Position numbers and translations under genes: made by a program. The notes under the pieces were generated by a model. The model worked only from the letters and a program-made list of their open reading frames with translations. It was not told the DNA's origin and searched no databases. Shown here piece by piece: positions 1 through 7,837 of a stretch of 64,000 bases of DNA; within the stretch, counting starts at the first letter, position 1; every line of letters starts with the position of its first letter. This DNA is from an uncultured Alphaproteobacteria bacterium (GTDB lineage: Bacteria > Pseudomonadota > Alphaproteobacteria > Rhizobiales > Xanthobacteraceae), in the NCBI GenBank assembly GCA_963845075.1, contig CAWJRE010000049.1, forward strand, positions 58,047-122,046. The letters are read 5' to 3'.

Positions 1-28
1 CGGTGACGCTCGCGAGCATGAGAGTCAT

Positions 29-538
29 TCAGAAGACCCCCGCGCCGGGCGCCAAAAGGTATCGATCGACGAGCCAATCGAGAGCGCGCGACCACAATTC
101 ATCGGTGTTGCCCCGCATGTCCACGCTCTTGCTCCCGATGACTTCTCCAGTTCCAGCGTCGCGGACCACGATGTTCATGTTGAGAATGAGGTTGGAAACC
201 TTCTGAACCCATCCAGTAACTGAATACTTCGTTCGTAGTTCGCTCGCGAACTTGGCATCACAACCGCCGCACGTTCGCAGATCTCTGACGCGGGTGCGGT
301 CGACAACACCCGCAACGTCCACGACATCGGCGCGCCCGGACTGCGCCAATCGCTGCCCCATTTCACGGTCGAGCCACGCGAGCCGCGCCCCTTCATCGCT
401 ACGCGGACCCTTTGTCGCAGCTTCAACGCTTGTGTCGACAAGCTCGAAATCAAAGACTGCCACTTTAGGCACGGCGGCGTGAACGGCCGTCACCGTCGAG
501 GCGAGCGCTAGTGCAATCAGCGTCTTGAGCGGTTCCAC
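29..538 (-). CDS. secreted hypothetical protein with CGGC motif (resembles DUF2380/DUF3280-type proteins seen near PQQ-dehydrogenase genes)
   Basis: 169-aa ORF with a GTG start. Signal peptide MEPLKTLIALALASTVTAVHA and a single CGGC motif. Family assignment is from memory only. Confidence 0.55.
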   Translation of the reverse strand: MEPLKTLIALALASTVTAVHAAVPKVAVFDFELVDTSVEAATKGPRSDEGARLAWLDREMGQRLAQSGRADVVDVAGVVDRTRVRDLRTCGGCDAKFASELRTKYSVTGWVQKVSNLILNMNIVVRDAGTGEVIGSKSVDMRGNTDELWSRALDWLVDRYLLAPGAGVF

Positions 539-669
539 ATCGCGCCCTTTCGATCTGCCGTTTTTTGGTCTTTTTGATCGGGGACAGCTTATGGTTTAAT
601 AGTACCTGAAACGCGTTAGAGTTCCAATCACTTAACGATCAAAACGGGGGCGACGACGGGAGTGGACGC

Positions 670-1854
670 TTGAGCCGCGCAGCTTGTGTCGCGTTGTTCC
701 TTTGTGCACTGCTCGGGCCCGCAGCGGCCGCCGAGCCCCTCAAAGTTCCAATCGGATATTTGGTTCGTCCGGAGACCATCGAGACGATTTCGCTGCTCGA
801 TCAACCGGCCGCCAACAACGGAATTGCCGGCGCGCAACTCGCCGTTCAAGACAACAACACGACCGGCAGGTTTCTCAACCAGTCATTCTCGCTCGAAACG
901 ATAAGGCTTGCCGGCGAGGCCGATCCCGCGACGGCGGTGGCCCAGCTTGCCGACCGCGGCGTCTCGTTCGTTCTCGCCGATCTCTCGGCCGAAGTGCTGC
1001 TGAAAGCGGCCGACGTGGGACGCGAGCGTGGGCTGATCTTTTTCAACGTTGCAGCCATCGACGACCGCCTGCGCCAGGAGGATTGCCGAGCCGACATCAT
1101 CCACGTTGCGCCATCGCGCGCGATGCTCGCCGATGGGCTCGGGCAATATCTCGCCTGGAAACACTGGCGCCGTTGGCTGCTGGTCCTCGGTTCCCACGAG
1201 CCGGACAAGCTTTACGCAGCCGCGTTTCGCCGCGCAGCCGTTCGGTTCGGCGCCAAGATCGTGCAGGAGCGCGTCTTCGAGGATACCGGCGGCGCGCGGC
1301 GCTCCAACTCCGGCCTTGTGCAGATCCAAAGTCAAATACCCCTGTTCACCCAGTCGGCACCGGCCTACGACGTGCTGGTCGCCGCTGACGAAAGCCAGAT
1401 CTTCGCCCCCTACCTGCCCTACCGCACCAGCGAGCCGAAGATTGTTGCTGGCTCGGCGGGGCTTGTGCCCACAAGTTGGGACGCCGCGCATGACCAATGG
1501 GGCGCAATTCAATTGCAGAACCGCTTCGGGCGCATGTTTTCACGACGAATGACCGCGCTCGACATGCAGGCGTGGACGGCGGTCCGCATGATCGGCGAGG
1601 CGGTGGGACGGACACAGTCGGCCGACGCGGCTAAGACCGTCGCTTACATCAAGAGCCCGGACTTCGCGCTCGCGGCATTCAAGGGCCGAAAGCTTACGGT
1701 GCGCGACTGGGACCTTCAGTTGCGCCAGCCGATCCTTCTGGCCGACGGGCGCGTCGTCGTCTCGGTTTCCCCGCAAGAAGGCTTCCTGCACCAATATTCG
1801 GAGCTCGACACGTTGGGCTTCGATCGTCCGGAGACCAAATGTCAGCTGAAATGA
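670..1854 (+). CDS. periplasmic LivK-like substrate-binding protein of the kind associated with PQQ-dependent alcohol dehydrogenase systems
   Basis: 394-aa ORF with a TTG start. Signal peptide MSRAACVALFLCALLGPAAAA and a type-I binding-protein-like sequence. It lies beside the YVTN propeller and xoxFGJ. Confidence 0.7.
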   Translation: MSRAACVALFLCALLGPAAAAEPLKVPIGYLVRPETIETISLLDQPAANNGIAGAQLAVQDNNTTGRFLNQSFSLETIRLAGEADPATAVAQLADRGVSFVLADLSAEVLLKAADVGRERGLIFFNVAAIDDRLRQEDCRADIIHVAPSRAMLADGLGQYLAWKHWRRWLLVLGSHEPDKLYAAAFRRAAVRFGAKIVQERVFEDTGGARRSNSGLVQIQSQIPLFTQSAPAYDVLVAADESQIFAPYLPYRTSEPKIVAGSAGLVPTSWDAAHDQWGAIQLQNRFGRMFSRRMTALDMQAWTAVRMIGEAVGRTQSADAAKTVAYIKSPDFALAAFKGRKLTVRDWDLQLRQPILLADGRVVVSVSPQEGFLHQYSELDTLGFDRPETKCQLK

Positions 1855-1886
1855 GTGGCCCCCGAAGTAAGCGTCACCTGAAGTGA

Positions 1887-2873
1887 ATGTCGGAGATCAA
1901 ACTCATGTGGCTGCGGCTCATGCTCGTCCTGATGCTGTCGTTGGTGCTAAGCGCTGAGGCCGGCGCTTACACCGCATACGTTTCCAACGAGCGAAGCAAC
2001 ACGGTGTCCGTGATCGACACCAACAAGTGGGAGGTCGTCAAGACGATCAAGGTTGGCCAGCGGCCGCGCGGTATCGCCCACACCAAGGATCAGAAATATG
2101 TGCTCGTCGCCGTCGGCGACGACGACACGATCCAGATGATCGATACCGGTACAAATCAAGTGGTCGGAACCTTGCCGTCGGGCCCAGACCCCGAGCTGTT
2201 TGTCGAAGCTCCCGACGGCAAGACGCTCTACGTCGCCAACGAGGACAACAATACCGTGACGATCATCGATATCCCGAGCCGCGCTCTGGTCGGCGACATT
2301 CAGGTCGGCGTCGAGCCCGAGGGCATGGGGATAAGTCCGGATGGAAAGGTGCTGGTCAATACATCCGAGACGACCAACATGGCCCACTTCATCGATACAT
2401 CGACGCGCAAGATTGTGGATAGCGTTCTTGTCGATGCGCGGCCGCGGTTCGCGACCTTCAAGCAGGATGGTTCGGAACTGTGGGTGTCCTCGGAGGTCGG
2501 CGGAACCGTGAGCGTCATCGATCCGGTCAAGCACGCCGTCCGGCAAAAGATCGAATTCAAGATCACCGGCATGCGGCCCGAGCCGATCCAGCCGGTCGGC
2601 ATCAATATTACCCGCGATGGCAAAACCGGTTTCGTGGCGCTTGGACCTGCCAACCACGTAGCGGTCGTGGACGGCGTCACGCACCAAGTCATCAAATACC
2701 TGCTGGTGGGGCAGCGCGTCTGGCACATGGCGTTCACTCCGGACGAAAAATATCTCCTCACGACAAACGGTGTTTCGAACGACGTCTCCGTTATCGACGT
2801 GGCGTCACTCAAAGTCATCAACACCATCCAGGTGGGGCAATTGCCGTGGGGAATTACGATGTCCCAGCAATGA
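1887..2873 (+). CDS. PQQ-dependent catabolism-associated beta-propeller protein (YVTN repeats)
   Basis: 328-aa ORF with a signal peptide. It carries repeated YV(S/A)N..(S/N)..V(S/T)VID units (YVSNERSNTVSVIDT, YVANEDNNTVTIIDI, TTNGVSNDVSVIDV). Confidence 0.75.
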   Translation: MSEIKLMWLRLMLVLMLSLVLSAEAGAYTAYVSNERSNTVSVIDTNKWEVVKTIKVGQRPRGIAHTKDQKYVLVAVGDDDTIQMIDTGTNQVVGTLPSGPDPELFVEAPDGKTLYVANEDNNTVTIIDIPSRALVGDIQVGVEPEGMGISPDGKVLVNTSETTNMAHFIDTSTRKIVDSVLVDARPRFATFKQDGSELWVSSEVGGTVSVIDPVKHAVRQKIEFKITGMRPEPIQPVGINITRDGKTGFVALGPANHVAVVDGVTHQVIKYLLVGQRVWHMAFTPDEKYLLTTNGVSNDVSVIDVASLKVINTIQVGQLPWGITMSQQ

Positions 2874-3005
2874 GTTACGGCGCGAGCAAGCCGATGAAGA
2901 TCTTCAATTCTTTTCTCCGTCTTTCTCGCCGGGGCATGCCTGTCGCTGTCGGCCGCGCGCGCCGCCGGACGATCCGACCAAAACTGGCCGTGCGCGCAGC
3001 CCAAG

Positions 3006-3512
3006 GTGCCGCAGATGTCGATTGCGGCGATCTGGGATGGCCCTTCAATTGCCGATGTGGGCAATGCCTGGGAAGACAATGCCGCACTCAAGGATCTTGT
3101 GGTGCGACTGGCGGCGCGGCGGACGCCGCTCGATGAGGCGCAGAAGGCCATTGCCGGTTTCATCACCGGCGATCCCGCAGAAAAGCAGAACAAAGCGAAA
3201 AAGCTGTTCGCGGGCTTGTTCGACACACTGAATCAGCAACGTGCCGAAGTGATTAGAGGCATCGAGCGGGTCGACCAGAAACAAAAGGATCTTGCCGAAA
3301 AAATCCGTTCCGATGTGGCGACGCTGCGCGAACTTCAGGACAAACCGGAGCAGGATCAATCCAAGATCAACGCGCTCGCCGGCGAAGTCGAATGGAGCAC
3401 GCGGATCTTCGAGGAGCGGCGCAAGACGATCCGTTACGTTTGCGAGGTCCCAACCGTCATCGAGCAACGCACGTTTGCGCTCGCGCGGAGCATCCGGCAG
3501 GCGCTCGAGTGA
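3006..3512 (+). CDS. hypothetical periplasmic coiled-coil protein (probable true start ATG 2894, reached only after correcting a +1 frameshift in a T4 run)
   Basis: 168-aa ORF from GTG 3006. The same frame upstream encodes ILFSVFLAGACLSLSAARAA without a canonical start. ATG 2894 (MKIFNSF) lies one frame off. Confidence 0.6.
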   Translation: MPQMSIAAIWDGPSIADVGNAWEDNAALKDLVVRLAARRTPLDEAQKAIAGFITGDPAEKQNKAKKLFAGLFDTLNQQRAEVIRGIERVDQKQKDLAEKIRSDVATLRELQDKPEQDQSKINALAGEVEWSTRIFEERRKTIRYVCEVPTVIEQRTFALARSIRQALE

Positions 3513-3568
3513 AAATGGTCCGCAAGGGGTCGATCCGCTTCGGCCTTAGTCTGCGATGAGGCGCAGGA

Positions 3569-4451
3569 TCACTGCTTGGGCGCTACCGCGTCACCCGTAA
3601 TCGGTTGATCGTTCGCATCGAGCAGAGGAACGCCGAAGTCCAGCAGCACTTTGTCGATAGCGTCCTGATTTTGCGCTATCAAAGTATTCAATTGCCGCTT
3701 CCAGTTTTGATCGGATGGACGCACGCCCATCGTAATGCGGTAGACCATTCGTGGGCCGCCCGTGTCCTTCAACAGCAATTGCACATGCATCGGGACATTG
3801 GCCCGCGAAGCCCGATAGCCGGCGATCGGCCCCCACAACACGGCCGCATCGATGTCGCCCGACGCAAGATCGTTGATCATCGCATCGCCCGACGAAGTGA
3901 AGCGCGTATCGACGACCAGCGGATATGGCTTGGCGTTGGCCATTAGTCCATCCGCGACCAGATAGGTTGCCGGCGGGGTACCCGCGACCACGCCTAAACG
4001 CTTACCTCGCAGCCGCGGATCGGCCAGCGTCTTGACGTCGTTGAGCGGATCGCCGCGTTTGGTCACCAGTGCATACGCGGTCTGATAATAGGGATTGGTG
4101 TTCTGCACCATATCGTCACCTTGGGGGTAGCCCATGATGACGTCGCAGCGATGCGAGCCAAGCGTCATCCGCACGAAGCCCGTGGCTTGCGGATAGAAGG
4201 TATAGGCCAGCTTCTTGCCGAGCTTCGCCGCAAACAACTCCGCAAGCTTGTTCTCGAATCCTTCGCCCTTTGTCGTTGGAGAAGGGCAAATTGTTTGGAT
4301 CGGAGCACACCCGCAGCACGTTCGGATCGACGAGTTCAAGGCCTTCTTCAGCGGCGCCGCGACCCTGCCCTCGCGATGCCACCGTTGCCGCGACAATCAC
4401 GGCGGCACAGCACACGGCCGTCAAGAAGCGGAAACCAGCCGCTCTGACCAT
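3569..4451 (-). pseudogene. xoxJ: XoxJ/MxaJ-like periplasmic binding protein, interrupted by a single-nucleotide frameshift
   Basis: The frame from ATG 4451 gives a signal peptide plus LRVCSDPNNLPFSNDKG. The frame of ORF 3569-4396 continues EGFENKLAELFAAKLGKKLAYTFYPQ... to the end. The junction is at plus-strand GCCC 4265-4268. Confidence 0.8.
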
Positions 4452-4464
4452 TGCATCTCACCCT

Positions 4465-4992
4465 TCAATGCTTCGCGCCGAAGCATGTATCCTCCGCCGC
4501 AGAGGCGGCGGCGGGTTTCTCCGCATGTTTCTCAGGCCGCCCGCGACCCACCGCGTCATTCGCGCGCGCGCGCAAGTACACGAAGATATCATCAAGGTAA
4601 CACATCACATTCGCACTGGTGCCGAACGCCGGCATGACGTTTTCTTGGGCGCTGTTCACGTTCTTTCGGCCGCCGGCGACGACGGCAAGAAAATCGCCGT
4701 AGTTCAGCGTTCTCAGGGAGTCTCTCAGAGCGGGGGCATAGGACGAGCCCATGCCATCCGGTCCATGGCAAACATGACAGTCGGAATGGTAGCGGCGAAA
4801 GCCGGAATACGTATACCAGTCGACCGTGCCATCGGCCTGAACCTTGTACGTCGGATTGCCCTCCTTGTCGAAATACTTGCCGTCCTCCTCCTTGACGGCA
4901 GCCGGATCTCCCGAACCGTCCGCAGCGGCGAGCGACGACCAACACAAAGCAATGATGAGCGCGGACATCGCCGCGCCAAAGAACGTCTTCAC
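4465..4992 (-). CDS. xoxG: cytochrome c (c-L family) electron acceptor of XoxF
   Basis: 175-aa ORF with a signal peptide and a single haem motif CHVCH. It sits between xoxF and xoxJ. Confidence 0.85.
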   Translation of the reverse strand: MKTFFGAAMSALIIALCWSSLAAADGSGDPAAVKEEDGKYFDKEGNPTYKVQADGTVDWYTYSGFRRYHSDCHVCHGPDGMGSSYAPALRDSLRTLNYGDFLAVVAGGRKNVNSAQENVMPAFGTSANVMCYLDDIFVYLRARANDAVGRGRPEKHAEKPAAASAAEDTCFGAKH

Positions 4993-5029
4993 GGAAAAGA
5001 TCCTCGCGCGGCCAAGATGAGCAAACCAC

Positions 5030-5062
5030 CGCTCCGGCGCGTCGGTGAAACGCGCCGGAGCG
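5030..5062 (-). promoter_or_regulatory. intercistronic stem-loop between xoxF and xoxG (perfect 12-bp stem, 9-nt loop)
   Basis: CGCTCCGGCGCG (5030-5041) pairs perfectly with CGCGCCGGAGCG (5051-5062). On the minus strand it is followed by GUGGUUUGCUCAU, which is only a weak U tract. Confidence 0.5.
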
Positions 5063-5087
5063 ATTTGTCATCAGCGTCGCTTCAGCC

Positions 5088-6890
5088 TTACTCCGGCAAC
5101 GCGAAGACCGTGAGCTGCCCGCCAAGGGAGGTATAGTTGGAGAGCGCTGCATAGCCTCCGACCGCACCCAAGCCTGCGTGCGGATCGGTGAGGCCGGCCG
5201 CGAGGCCGATTCCAGCCCATCCGCCGACGCCTGACAACACCGCGACATATTGTTTGCCGCCATGCTCGTAAGTCATGACGTTACCAATGATGCCCGATGG
5301 GGTCTTGAACTTGTAAAGCTCCTTCCCCGTCTTGGCGTCGACCGCTTTCAGATAGCCTTCGAGCGTGCCGTAGAACACGAGGCCGCCGGCTGTCGCAAGC
5401 GCACCTGACCAAACCGAGAATTGCTCGGGAACGGACCAGACGATCTTTCCGACTTTGCCGTCCCAGGCAATGAAGTTGCCCATGTTGGATTCGCCTTTAG
5501 GCGGATACATCGCGAGCGTCGCCCCGACATAGGGCTGCCCCGCGGTGTAGCTCACCTTGAACGGCTCGTAGTCCATGCAGACGTGATTTGTCGGCACATA
5601 GAACAGCTGCGTATCCGGCGAATACGCCGCCGGTTGCTCGTCCTTCGATCCGAGAGCCGCCGGGCAGATGCCGGTGTGGTTCACGTCCGGCTTCGAGGTC
5701 GAATACTCGGCCACGACCGTCGGGCGCCCGTAATTGGCCGAGTTTTTGTTCATGTCGACGCCGCTGGTCCAGTTGACCGCCGGATCGAACTTCTGCGCAA
5801 CCAGCAATTCGCCGCTCTCGCGATCGAGCGTGTAGCCCAAGCCGTTGCGATCGAAATGCGTCACCAGCTTGCGCGCGCGGCCGTCGATCGTCTGATCGGT
5901 GAGGATCATCTCGTTGACGCCGTCATAGTCCCATTCGTCATGGGGCGTCATCTGATAGACCCACTTCGCCATGCCGGTGTCGGGGTTACGGGCGAAAATG
6001 GTCATCGACCATCTGTTGTCACCCGGCCGCTGACTCGGATTCCAGGTCGAGGGATTGCCAGACCCGTAATAGATCAGGTTGAGCTGCGGATCGTAGGCCA
6101 CCCAGCCCCAGGTGCAGCCGCCGCCGATCTTCCACTGATCGCCTTCCCAGGTCTTCACGCTGGAATCCTTACCGACCGGCTTACCGAGATCGGTGGTCTT
6201 CTCAGGATCGACCATGATTTCGTTGTCCGGTCCTTCCGAGAAGGCACGCCAAACCCGCTTTCCGTCCTTCATGTCGTAGGCGGTGACGTGACACTGCACG
6301 CCGAATTCGCCGCCGGAAATGCCGACCAACACTTTGTCTTTGATGACGAAAGGCGCCGAAGTACCGGTCTGGCCCTTCGACGCATCGCCGTTTTTCACCG
6401 ACCAGACGACTTGTCCGGTCTTGGCGTCAAGTGCGACCAGCGTGGTGTCGGCCTGATGCAGGAAAATCTTGCCGTCGCCGTACGACAGGCCGCGATTGAC
6501 TGTGTCGCAGCACATCACCGGGATGACATTCGGATCCTGCTTCGGCTCGTATTTCCAAAGGATTTTGCCGTCGTGATCGAGATCGAGCGCAAACACGTTG
6601 TTCGGGAATGGTGTGTGCACATACATCACGTTGCCGACCACCAGCGGTGCGCCTTCGTGACCGCGCAACACGCCGGTCGAAAAGGTCCAGGCGGCCTGCA
6701 GCTTACCGACGTTCGCGGTATTGATCTGCTTGAGCGGCGAGAAACGCTGCGCGTCATACGTTCGGGCCGGCATGACCCAATCTTTGGGATTTTCCGACAT
6801 TTTGATGAGAGCATCATTGGCATAGGCGGATCCTGCGGCGAATGCCGCAACCGCGCCAATGGTGCTGAATTTGAGCAGCAAATAACGCAT
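5088..6890 (-). CDS. xoxF: lanthanide-dependent PQQ methanol dehydrogenase, XoxF type
   Basis: 600 aa from ATG 6890, with GGAGGA 6 nt upstream (the ORF track extends to 6947). Signal peptide [24 protein letters not shown], vicinal Cys pair VMCCD, and PHDEWDYDG with the XoxF-type extra Asp. Confidence 0.93.
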   Translation of the reverse strand: MRYLLLKFSTIGAVAAFAAGSAYANDALIKMSENPKDWVMPARTYDAQRFSPLKQINTANVGKLQAAWTFSTGVLRGHEGAPLVVGNVMYVHTPFPNNVFALDLDHDGKILWKYEPKQDPNVIPVMCCDTVNRGLSYGDGKIFLHQADTTLVALDAKTGQVVWSVKNGDASKGQTGTSAPFVIKDKVLVGISGGEFGVQCHVTAYDMKDGKRVWRAFSEGPDNEIMVDPEKTTDLGKPVGKDSSVKTWEGDQWKIGGGCTWGWVAYDPQLNLIYYGSGNPSTWNPSQRPGDNRWSMTIFARNPDTGMAKWVYQMTPHDEWDYDGVNEMILTDQTIDGRARKLVTHFDRNGLGYTLDRESGELLVAQKFDPAVNWTSGVDMNKNSANYGRPTVVAEYSTSKPDVNHTGICPAALGSKDEQPAAYSPDTQLFYVPTNHVCMDYEPFKVSYTAGQPYVGATLAMYPPKGESNMGNFIAWDGKVGKIVWSVPEQFSVWSGALATAGGLVFYGTLEGYLKAVDAKTGKELYKFKTPSGIIGNVMTYEHGGKQYVAVLSGVGGWAGIGLAAGLTDPHAGLGAVGGYAALSNYTSLGGQLTVFALPE

Positions 6891-7114
6891 CGTATGTCCT
6901 CCCTGCGACGGTTGGGGGATGCACCGATGCGAACAAGCCCAACGCAAGCCTGGCCTCTCGGCGCAAACCCGTGCTTGGGAACAGATTTCCGACAGCGTGT
7001 CACGGCATCGGCAAGTCGCGAGGAAATATTTTTCTCTCGCGAGAGCCTAACCTACGAAGGATTTCGCCAGCCGTCCCTAACGAACTGGCGTCCTTGAAGT
7101 CGGAAACCAAAATT

Positions 7115-7143
7115 ATGTTACGCCCGACTTCGCAAATCCGCAA
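7115..7143 (-). promoter_or_regulatory. candidate sigma-70 promoter for xoxF (TTGCGG-N17-TAACAT)
   Basis: Read on the minus strand, the -35 box is at 7143-7138 and the -10 box at 7120-7115. This is sequence resemblance only, and the implied 5' UTR is about 220 nt. Confidence 0.3.
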
Positions 7144-7167
7144 CCTCAAGATTTTGTTCCGAGGCAT

Positions 7168-7198
7168 TTCCATCTGAAACTTGTTCCATCTGAAACTT
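7168..7198. promoter_or_regulatory. perfect tandem direct repeat TTCCATCTGAAACTT x2 (16-bp period) upstream of the candidate xoxF promoter
   Basis: 7168-7182 and 7184-7198 are identical and separated by one G. The repeat lies 25-55 bp upstream of the putative -35 box. Confidence 0.6.
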
Positions 7199-7341
7199 TG
7201 TGACCGGCAGTGTCAGCTTCACGACACAGAGATTTGAGATTCTCGTCCGCTTTTGCGCGCGGCGTGCAACAGATTGGCCGGGTTTGCCTCAAATCGGCGA
7301 GTTTACATCGCGCCGGGCGCCAACAGCCAGCAGCCTGCCGT

Positions 7342-7674
7342 TCAAAAACAGCGGACTTCCGCTTCTGCCTGTGCGCGCCGCAGATCGTCGACCGCGGCCC
7401 TCGCCTGCTCGGTCGAGCGAAACTCTCCTCCGAGGTTGCCGCGCACTTGAGCCATTCTCAGCACAGTTTCCGCCGTGACGTAGCGGTCGTAGGGAACGAT
7501 CGACGCGATAATATCGATCGAGCACGAACACTGCTCGAGCGAACGCTGCGTCTCACCGTTGGCTTTCATGCATCCGAACACGTAGTCTGCGCGAACACTG
7601 GTCGGATAGTCGTTGAGCTCGCCGGCCCGGACGGGCGACGCTTGCGGCGCCGATTGCGAGAATGAGCCAAGCAA
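7342..7674 (-). CDS. hypothetical Cys-containing protein (probable true start ATG 7702 with signal peptide, in an adjacent frame)
   Basis: 110-aa ORF from TTG 7674. ATG 7702 is preceded by GGAGA and encodes MRNSAHLLAIAWLILAIGAASVA, but is one frame off. Confidence 0.55.
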   Translation of the reverse strand: MLGSFSQSAPQASPVRAGELNDYPTSVRADYVFGCMKANGETQRSLEQCSCSIDIIASIVPYDRYVTAETVLRMAQVRGNLGGEFRSTEQARAAVDDLRRAQAEAEVRCF

Positions 7675-7837
7675 TCGCCAGCAAATGTGCTGAATTCCGC
7701 ATGGAGATCTCCGAAACCAAAGCGGCGGATCGGTTGCAGCGTGAAAGGCGACGCTTCGACGCTATTCGCGAGCTAATTTCCACGGTGACCAAGGTGTGCC
7801 CAGACGCTGCTCTTTGCAAGCTGCGAGAGCTGCACGG

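Noticed and set aside
3-482. Short plus-strand ORFs 3-206 and 252-482, and the minus-strand ORF 175-453
   Set aside because: All are nested within or opposite the signal-peptide-bearing 29-538 gene. None has motifs of its own.
5421-7097. 558-aa ORF on the plus strand covering the xoxF locus
   Set aside because: It is antisense to a clearly conserved gene. It is Arg/His/Gly-rich with no recognisable motifs, which is the typical shadow ORF of high-GC DNA.
7168-7198. CRISPR-like or minisatellite array
   Set aside because: There are only two 15-bp units with a 1-nt spacer, no further copies and no cas genes. It is interpreted as a regulatory direct repeat instead.
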